DNA of 63,647 bases from Euprymna scolopes (Eukaryota): NCBI GenBank assembly GCA_053919585.1, contig CM132825.1; one strand, written 5' to 3'. Position 1 is the first letter of the stretch; every line of letters begins with the position of its first letter. The notes beneath the pieces are model-generated. The model saw only the letters and a list, made by a program, of their open reading frames with translations. It ran no database searches and was not told the DNA's origin. Position numbers and translations under genes: made by a program. This document shows, piece after piece, positions 55,470-63,647 of the stretch.

Positions 55470-55660
55470 ACGATGGTCAAGTGATTAACGACACAGACTG
55501 ACGACCTAGTGTCCCAAGTTCGAATACGGTTTCTTTCACAAAATCACTTTTACTTAAGATGCTGGCAACCTTCACGTGGTTCCTCCCGTACGTTACTGAT
55601 GTCTTTCTAGAAATAATTCTGACTACAAAAATCATCGGGAAAACCAATAGCAATAATAGA
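55470..55660 (+). mobile_element. Probable tRNA-derived SINE
   Basis: A-box-like tggtcaagtga (~55474) and B-box-like agttcgaatac (~55517) at tRNA-like spacing; no intact cloverleaf; ends in an aat-rich tail. Confidence 0.45.
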
Positions 55661-56109
55661 ATCTTCGGATTCATACGATATGATAGTGACTGTCATATTC
55701 TACTGTGAATAATCATTTATGGTTTCTATCTAATAGTGATGCAATTGTTAAACAAAGCTGTTTCACTTGTAGAGATGTTTTTTTTTTAAACTGAAAGTCT
55801 GTTTGGACTTTTCTCTTTGTGTGAAAAAATTTCAGTCATTCAGATAATTGCACTTAAGGAAACAACTAAGATACTAAAAAGAGCTCTCGGTTGGTTTCAA
55901 TAAAAAGTAGGGTAATGTTGGCAGCTGATTTGACTGCCTCATACCCATCATTACAATCTTCAAAGGAAGAAAAATTAAAAAAAAAAATGAATACAGACGA
56001 TACCATAAAATGCCCATCTCCAACAAAATCTTACATTACCAATCTGGCCACCTTATCCCAATCTTTCCTTTACGTACAGTAACCAGACTCGACTATCTGA
56101 AAACTACCC

Positions 56110-56350
56110 CCTCCCTTGTTCGTAATAAATCTAAACACCTCGAAGGCATGTGGGCCCGTTCTTATCCCTGTTACGCTACTAAAAAAATATTGCTCAGCTG
56201 AGGTTGCTCTGGTTCTCTGCAAGCTCTACAACAAATGCCTTAACAAATCTTACTTTCCGGACTGCTGGAAAATTGCTTCTGTTGCCCTAGTTTAGAAGAA
56301 TTCTGGCGAAAGAAATAACCCACTCCATTATTGCCCCATTAGCCTCTGTT
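56110..56350 (+). mobile_element. CR1/L2-group LINE, pre-RT/RT N-terminal remnant
   Basis: NLNTSKACGPVLIPVTLLKKYCSAEVALVLCKLYNKCLNKSYFPDCWKIASVALV*KNSGERNNPLHYCPISL (decayed KA.GPD.IP...NYRPISL). Confidence 0.9.
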
Positions 56351-56389
56351 GAAATTTTTAATAGAGAAATAATTTTTATTTTTTTTTAT

Positions 56390-57536
56390 TTATACCCATT
56401 CAACATCTCCACATTTGGGTCAAGGAACGCATTCCTTGACCGGCAGGTCACTTCCATCATCATCAGCATCGGTATAGTTCGCTTTCTAGCAGCCAGCTCC
56501 ACTCCTACCCTCTGGAGGAGGAGGAGGAGGAGGAAGAGGAGGAAAGGGGGTTTTGCTCGTTTTCGTCAGTTCGAATCTAGCCGGCCAAGAAGAAGGACGC
56601 TATTCGGCTCCGTCAAAAAAGATTCTTGACGTTAAATTCTACGGGTTTTTCTCTCCTCCTTTGGAGAAAGACGTTTGTTTAGAACTTCATTTTTTGGTAC
56701 TAAACTATTAACGTTATTTTATTCTCAGTCATTATAAGACAACAAGGTCTTACGACTGGAAGATTAATACCGGTTATTAAAAGACAATCGAGTCTTACAA
56801 CTGGTAAATTATTATTCTCAAAGGACTAACGAAGGAAACTACCGTGTGTTGAGGAGTTCTTTTCTAAGAAGAACAAAATTTAATTTGGCCGACGAGACGA
56901 GCAGAATATACCCCCTAGAAAGAAAATCCCCTCTTTGAAAGATTTTTCAACCGAAGTTTCCTTCAGAAAGGAAATCTTCCATAATTCAAGAATTTACCCC
57001 GTATTTGTACACATAAAGCCTACCAAAGTGGCTTTATGGTCTTCTCTCCCCTTTGAATTAAAAGGCACATGAGCCTTCACAAAGGAAATTACTTCATTCT
57101 CCCATTTTAGGTCAAAGAAACTTTTTGTTTATCCTTTCGGAAAAAAAGAACATTTTGTCAAAGAAAGACTGAACATTTTGTTAAAAGGACTGAATTCTAA
57201 ACAAGAACTGTTTTCCGTTTTTTATATGTTCTTTTCTTTCAGCCTTTCTTGCAAGTAAGGATTGGCGTCTTTTTTTATGTATTTTTAAATGTTTCATTAA
57301 GGGTTTTTTTTAACCCCAGCCTTGGGAAATAAAGGCAATCGATAACTTTTTGTTTTAATAAACTTGGATCATTTTAAACTTATTCGGGTCTGTATTTCTT
57401 TTTCTCATTTCCATTAGTTCTCTTTTCCGAGAAATTTGCCATAAATGCTTTTTTCCCCTTTTTTCTTTCCTTTTTGTTACCATAAAAGACGGATTTTGGT
57501 GACGCACCCAAAATTTCGTCACCTCCCTTTCTCTTC
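56390..57536 (-). mobile_element. Possible LTR fragment with polypurine tract
   Basis: Minus strand GAAGAGAAAGGGAGG (57536-57522) immediately followed by TGACG; distal LTR end and target-site duplication not identified. Confidence 0.35.
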
Positions 57537-57809
57537 GTAAATTCTCCATCAAATTCCAAATGAATGAATGCGAAAATTCTTTTTCATCCATTACATCTAT
57601 ATTACCATCACCTGTGAATAAATCCTTTATAGTTTAATATTGATGAAATTATTAAACAAAGCTGTTTTACTTGTAGAGAAGATTTTTTTTAATTGAAAGT
57701 TTGGTGACATTTTTTTCTTCTTTGTGTGAAACAATTCCGACGAGATGAATACAGACGATAACATAAAATCCCAATCTCCAACAAACATCTTACATCACCA
57801 GTCTATACA

Positions 57810-58890
57810 CGATAAAACTCAAAGCATATGCTATTACTGCACGAATACTTAACATAATTAAATCCTTCTTAAATAAGAGAAGAATCCAAGTTGTGCTCGA
57901 TAGTCGTACGTCAAAACAACATGATATGAATACGGGTGTGTCTCAGGGGTCGATCTTTGGACCTTTATTATTCCTGATATTCATAAATAACCTCCCTAAT
58001 AAAATTGTCTCTAAGATAGGTATATTAGTTGACGACACCACACTCTATAATAGACACGGGGGGGGACGAATGAACACATATCCAAGACAATGGCGGAAAC
58101 TTTAGTAGAAGACCTCCAGTTTGTAGTGGAATGGAGACAAAAAATAGACAGTAGCATTCAATACTACCTAGACTAAGCTTTTTTTCGTTAATAATTACAA
58201 GAACCCTCATAGCTAATGATACATTACCTGACAATTCCATTCAAACTCCTTTGCTTTACAGTGACCATGAATTGAAACAGATACATTGAGGCATTGTCAA
58301 GGCTGCTACAAAGAAAGTGAGATCTCTCTCTACCGTGCTAGAAAGCTACGCCTGAGAGTATCCTATACAAGACCATCATTCGACCATGTATGGAGTATTA
58401 TTGCTACATGTGGGCTGGTACATCTCACAATCTTAGACAGGGTTCAAAAGAGAGGCGCCAACCCAATACATTCCGCACTGTTAGATAGGCTTCAGCCTCT
58501 GTCCCATCGCCACAATGTTGCATCCCCTTGTCTGTTTTACAAGTATTTTAATGGTAGATGCTCTCACGAATTACAATAACTTGTACCCCTTCAACGTAAA
58601 TACCTCCGACAAACCCGACAAGCAACAAAATCCCACCCCTACACAATAGAGATCCTCAGATGCCAAAAAAAGCCTTCTACTTTAATAGTTTCTTCCCTAG
58701 GACATGCTTCCCTGACCATACTGACATGCAGAAGTTTAAGTGTAATGCAAACAGACAATTTGCTGCTTAACTCCCTACATAAACATAGTATCAATGCAAA
58801 TAATGTCCCTGATGTAGCCCCCCCCTTCATCAAAGTGGCATGGTGCCTTGTTTGAGGTAAAAATGCAATAATAATTAAACAAAAAAAAAA
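57810..58890 (+). mobile_element. CR1/L2-group LINE RT core to 3' tail (type A), degenerate
   Basis: KLKAY...IIKSFLNKRRIQVVLDSRTS...NTGVSQGSIFGPLLFLIFINNLP...IGILVDDTTLY ... LQPLSHRHNVASPCLFYKYFNGRCSHEL; tail gtagccccc...aagtggcatggtgccttg, A-rich end. Confidence 0.93.
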
Positions 58891-60247
58891 AGCAATAAAA
58901 CAAATTGCTGGTATTTAAATCAGTAATTCAATATAATATTTTGAAATACTATATATATATAGCACATGTGAAAAACCGAAAGATATATATTTGAATACTT
59001 CATTTGTATAATAATTTTTAATAGTCTATAATAAATTAATGTTTCGTCGTATTCATTTGTAATTTTTGTCCTATTTTTCCTTTATGCATGCAAAAGTTTC
59101 GTCGATATTAACATTAATTAAAGCCATTTAATATGAAAAGAGCACAAATTATGAAAACCTTTCTTACGATCTTATTTAAAAGATAAATAAATTTGCATGA
59201 AATGGGTTAAAAGTTCATAGAGAGAAAGGAGATGATTGCTCTCTCTCTCTCCCTCCCTCCCTCGCTCCTCTTTTGTTTCACTCTGTCTTTCTTCTTTCTT
59301 ATTCCTTTTCTTTCACGCTTCCTCACTATCATTCACATCTTTTTCTCCGTTTTCCATTCTCTTCTCTCCTCCTCCCCATCATCTTCCTCCTCCTCCTCCT
59401 CCTCCTCCTTCCATTCTAGCGACGCCAATTTTTTTTTATTGTTTTGAAAAGATACCACCTAAATATACACCTAAACACCATCGCTCTGGCGCATTGGTTT
59501 CTTCTTTACGTTTTTATTTCTAAATAAAAGATAAATAAATTTGTATCAAAATGATCAAAATATTAATATTTATCTACTTATATGAACAAATGTTAGTGTT
59601 TATCTATTTATACGAATAAATGCGGATGTTCTTGTTTATAATATTCATTATAGCAAAATAGTTATCTGCTTGTGGTCTTCTAAATTTCCTCCATTGGCCC
59701 ATCATGACGATCAATTAGCTCACTTGAGTTCCCTCAAAATTTGATTACCAATGCAGTTTTCCCTGAGAGATGAATTGACACCTACTTTTGGCGGGCTGAT
59801 TGCAAAAACCTTTGGTCCGTTCACTTTTTGTGAGCTGTGCTTGCCCAGAAAAAGACGTCAGGAAATGCCATTTCCTCCATTTGAATGTAACCGCCGACCT
59901 ATCTGCATCCATCCACCTATCTTCGTTTTTATCGGATACATAAAAGAGAGCCGTCTACTCCCGATGTAAATTAAACATATTTTCATAGTTGGTCTTGTTT
60001 CAAGCCAGAAAATACAATTAGTTTCGCAAGACATTTCCTGTATTTATTTAATTCATATATTAATCTTTTTATCTGCCATGTGTCCATTGAAAACACACAA
60101 ACAAAATGAAGGGATTTGTTCAGGTTTGTTTTGACGGAGTCTCTCTTTAAAAATCTACTAAAAATCAGGTAAAAAATCTAATCAGTATGAAGTTTTCCCC
60201 GGTTATTAATTGAAGGATGAACTTTATAAAGGTATAATTTTTTCATA

Positions 60248-60251
<4 letters not shown>

Positions 60252-60308
<57 letters not shown>
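60252..60308. repeat. (TA)n microsatellite
   Basis: Direct reading. Confidence 0.97.
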
Positions 60309-60309
<1 letters not shown>

Positions 60310-60361
60310 TTCGTGTTGATTCAAGTTTAAAACGATAAAAATAACACGTAAAGACATCTAT

Positions 60362-60489
60362 GACTTCGTGGCGTAACAGTTACGCGTTTGACCATAATAC
60401 ATATGGTCTTAGGTTCGAATTCTAGAACAGTCAAGCTACTCCGACGAGAGATAGTACACCGACACCTGTGTTCGTGGATTAGTTGTAGG

Positions 60490-60492
<3 letters not shown>
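60362..60492 (+). mobile_element. tRNA-derived SINE head or tRNA pseudogene
   Basis: gtggcgtaacagtt (A-box-like), gaccata...tatggtc stem, ggttcgaattc (B-box); acceptor stem not intact; lies between (TA)n tracts. Confidence 0.55.
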
Positions 60493-60558
<66 letters not shown>

Positions 60559-60562
60559 TATA

Positions 60563-61662
60563 CAGACTTTGAGACTTTACACAACCGCTCGGCACAGTTG
60601 ATTAAAAATTTCTTGGAGCGAATAATAGTCGTAAATCACTCGCCCACCAGTCGATAAAATTTCTTTAAATAAAGAAACGGGCAAAATTCATTGATTTTAC
60701 GACCCTCAAATATGCGGTGACTTAGAATGACCTATGTCTCATCATTTGTGAATTCTTTCATCTCTAGCTGTGAGACCGTTGGAATACCGTATTGAAAATA
60801 GAGTGGTCACACTAAAGATCAACAAAAGGTCAAATTTAAACATTCGGTATGTAGTCAAAATGTCGCCTTCATTTAGCTCTCTGATTTTGAAATTCATTTG
60901 GAAAAATGCTTCGACGCTACAACTGCATACACTTCATGCTTACAAAAGTAAAGATGAACATTTGAAAGAGGCAAAAAAACGCATCGTTCCGTCAAGCACG
61001 CACCAAAAATGAAATTATACAAGTAAGTAATCATATTTTTCTCAATTATATAAATTCAGATATTTGCATGCTCTTTTTTTTGCGCAACTTTCAAAAAATA
61101 ATCGATACCCAAATGTGTGTTTCAGAATATTTACAATTAGAGACTTCATATTGAAATGTTTTAATGAAAAAATGAATCTCTAATATTTGTTTTGCATTTT
61201 AAAATATATTTATTTCAAGGGGGTGATTTTACATCATGTTTTCTTTGTGTATAAAGTTAGATATATTCGTTTTCTAACGGTACCAATAAACCCAGTCTTG
61301 AATTATTTATATTTCAATTGTCATTTGGATACTACATATCAGCATCCGAAGAAATGATTCTTATTTCTATGGAACAATAATATGAATGATGCTATATAAA
61401 GAAACTGGTGTTGTGTTTTAACGTTTTGTTGAATATTTACTGAAATGTTTGTAGTAATAAAATAGTTGATTTACAAGAGTTAAACAAATATTTTCTTGTT
61501 AGATTATACACACAGTAATTTCTGGAATTGTTGTAAAATTATTTACTATTATTGGCTGAAACAAAAACATAAAGTCAAACGAGTAAAAATATTTTAGGGC
61601 GAGTAAATTTTCCCTCACACTCGACCGGCGGTAGAGTGATTTTTTTGTTCAAATCTCAAAGG

Positions 61663-61665
<3 letters not shown>
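60563..61665. mobile_element. Non-autonomous TIR DNA transposon (hAT-like CAG termini) inserted in (TA)n
   Basis: TIRs CAGACTTTGAGACTT / AAATCTCAAAGGCTG (13/15 match); subterminal inverted motif aaatcactcgcccaccagtcga versus tcgaccggcggtagagtgattt; TA arrays on both sides. Confidence 0.7.

Positions 61666-61735
<70 letters not shown>
61666..61735. repeat. (TA)n microsatellite
   Basis: Direct reading. Confidence 0.97.
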
Positions 61736-61739
<4 letters not shown>

Positions 61740-61856
61740 TACTTAATTTAATCACATAAATTAATATACGAAAGTATAAATCTATGCGTAAACTTTAAGT
61801 ATTTACTTCAACAGTGCTCAATACATAGGTAGAGCTAGGTAGTAAGTTATAAAATA

Positions 61857-61981
61857 TATATGGCAATTAAGCTACACAAAATATTCCGCATTTCATTCAC
61901 GCTAGGATTCATCAGGCTTAATAGTCGGAATATTCATCAGCTTAATATTCGGAATATTCTGTGTAGTTTAATTGCCATATA
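61857..61981. repeat. 125-bp foldback with 32-bp arms (MITE-like)
   Basis: tatatggcaattaagctacacaaaatattccg / cggaatattctgtgtagtttaattgccatata, 30/32 match. Confidence 0.88.
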
Positions 61982-62336
61982 CNNNNNNNNNNNNNNNNNN
62001 NNNNNNNNNNNNNNNNNNNNNNNNNNNNNNNNNNNNNNNNNNNNNNNNNNNNNNNNNNNNNNNNNNNNNNNNNNNNNNNNNNNNNNNNNNNNNNNNNNNN
62101 NNNNNNNNNNNNNNNNNNNNNNNNNNNNNNNNNNNNNNNNNNNNNNNNNNNNNNNNNNNNNNNNNNNNNNNNNNNNNNATCTTGACAGACTATGGATACC
62201 CACTGTAAGGGTGCCTGCGCGTGAAATTTTTGTGGCAAGAGTTGCGCAATCACCATCCACACCTCTCAATGTTGAATACTAGTGGCAAGTGGAGGTTCAG
62301 AACGACTGAAAACAAATGCCGAAGTGAGCGGAAAGC

Positions 62337-62419
62337 ACTTATAGCGCCTAGATTTCCCAAATGGTCACCCATCTGGTACTAGGCAGATTCAACGTTGCTT
62401 AACTTCGGTGATCTGACGA
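62337..62419 (-). pseudogene. 5S rRNA-derived sequence (pseudogene or head of a 5S-derived SINE); 5' part hidden by Ns
   Basis: Reverse complement TCGTCAGATCACCGAAGTTAAGCAACG...TAGTACCAGATGGGTGACC.TTTGGGAA matches metazoan 5S rRNA from about position 35 onward, including the A and C boxes; 3' helices diverged. Confidence 0.88.
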
Positions 62420-62704
62420 NNNNNNNNNNNNNNNNNNNNNNNNNNNNNNNNNNNNNNNNNNNNNNNNNNNNNNNNNNNNNNNNNNNNNNNNNNNNNNNNN
62501 NNNNNNNNNNNNNNNNNNNNNNNNNNNNNNNNNNNNNNNNNNNNNNNNNNNNNNNNNNNNNNNNNNNNNNNNNNNNNNNNNNNNNNNNNNNNNNNNNNNN
62601 NNNNNNNNNNNNNNNNNNNNACCAAAATGATCCAAGATGGTAAAACTAAAGTATATTATAAATATTAAAGAATTAATATTTATAAAGTAATCTAAACCAG
62701 ATGC

Positions 62705-62706
<2 letters not shown>

Positions 62707-62779
<73 letters not shown>
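62707..62779. repeat. (TA)n microsatellite
   Basis: Direct reading. Confidence 0.97.
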
Positions 62780-62782
<3 letters not shown>

Positions 62783-62904
62783 TGGAAATGTATAAAAAAA
62801 GAATACGAAAAATATAAAAGCTTATAACTTTTCTTTATTCGTTTTCAATTGGTGACGCGCAGGGATACAAAATAATATTATGAAAAACAAAAAACAAACT
62901 TTTT

Positions 62905-62950
62905 TACAGGTACATGATTTCCGACCGATCCTTCAGTCTTCATCGGTGTA
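62905..62950 (-). ncRNA. Degenerate minimal type-I hammerhead-like motif
   Basis: Minus strand TACA-CCGATGA-A-GACTGA(AGGA)TCGGTC-G-GAAA-TCATG-TA-CC-TGTA. Confidence 0.45.
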
Positions 62951-63003
62951 GTGAAAGTGATAAGCATACACGGGGAAAAGGGGAATAGAAAAGGAAGGAA
63001 GGA

Positions 63004-63004
<1 letters not shown>

Positions 63005-63042
<38 letters not shown>

Positions 63043-63059
63043 TGAGGAGGAGGAGGAGG
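63005..63059. repeat. (GAT)n-(GAG)n microsatellite
   Basis: Direct reading. Confidence 0.95.
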
Positions 63060-63647
63060 TATAGCCAATCAGAATGTGCCACGTCAGTTTTAAATATATA
63101 CACATATAAGTGCGCACAAACACACATGTACACAGTACATATACACATATAAACGAAAAATAAAATAATTAAACATTAAATAAAAATGAAGAAACGTGCC
63201 TTTTAACTGTCCAATCTTTTAAATTGTAACGATATTATTTCTTCCAAGAGAGAATAAGAATTCAAAGGATATAAGACGCTATGAGGAGAAATGCTATGAT
63301 GCTCATTTGTAAATCAACGACTATTCCTCGTTCGAAAAAGTACGAAAACGTCATTTCCAAATTCAACCGTTTAAAGACAGAAACGAAACGCTACTTTTTA
63401 TTCATTTATATATTAATATGTAAATACACATATGTATACAAACAAATACTCACATGCACAAATATATACATATATATGCATACACACATAAACGCATGCA
63501 TATATACACATATACATATACTAACAAATACACATGCACATACATAAATGTTTGCGCATATATTTACACGTAGAGACACAAGTCTACATAAGCGAATGTA
63601 GGGAGAGAAAGGGAAAGAGGAAGAGAGGGACGGGAAAAGAGTTATAG

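Noticed and set aside
60362-60430. Functional tRNA gene
   Set aside because: Acceptor stem does not pair and the anticodon loop is irregular; treated as a SINE head or pseudogene.
27770-62643. ORFs containing X runs
   Set aside because: Artefacts of translating through Ns.

Overview
Gene-free, repeat-dominated animal (invertebrate) genomic DNA. The retroelement protein remnants resemble ones I recall from cephalopod mollusc genomes, but that attribution is unverified. Layout: (i) 1-23135, a 35-bp tandem satellite (~660 copies) with diverged edges and nested higher-order repeats; (ii) ~23140-43960, an island of decayed transposons (CR1/L2-group LINE 3' ends, an L1/Tx1-like remnant, a Naiad-type Penelope-like GIY-YIG remnant, foldback elements), microsatellites and 13 short N-runs; (iii) 43962-54905, a near-perfect 38-bp satellite of exactly 288 whole units followed by a 12-bp hairpin; (iv) 54906-63647, more TE debris (CR1 RT remnant, tRNA- and 5S-derived SINE-like sequences, a TIR element, hammerhead-like motifs). 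No intact protein-coding gene is supported. The very long minus-strand ORFs are translations of the 35-bp satellite. I see no convincing new biological system; the best leads are the architecture of the two satellites, the Naiad remnant with its long insertion and adjacent foldbacks, the 5S-derived element and the hammerhead-like motif.
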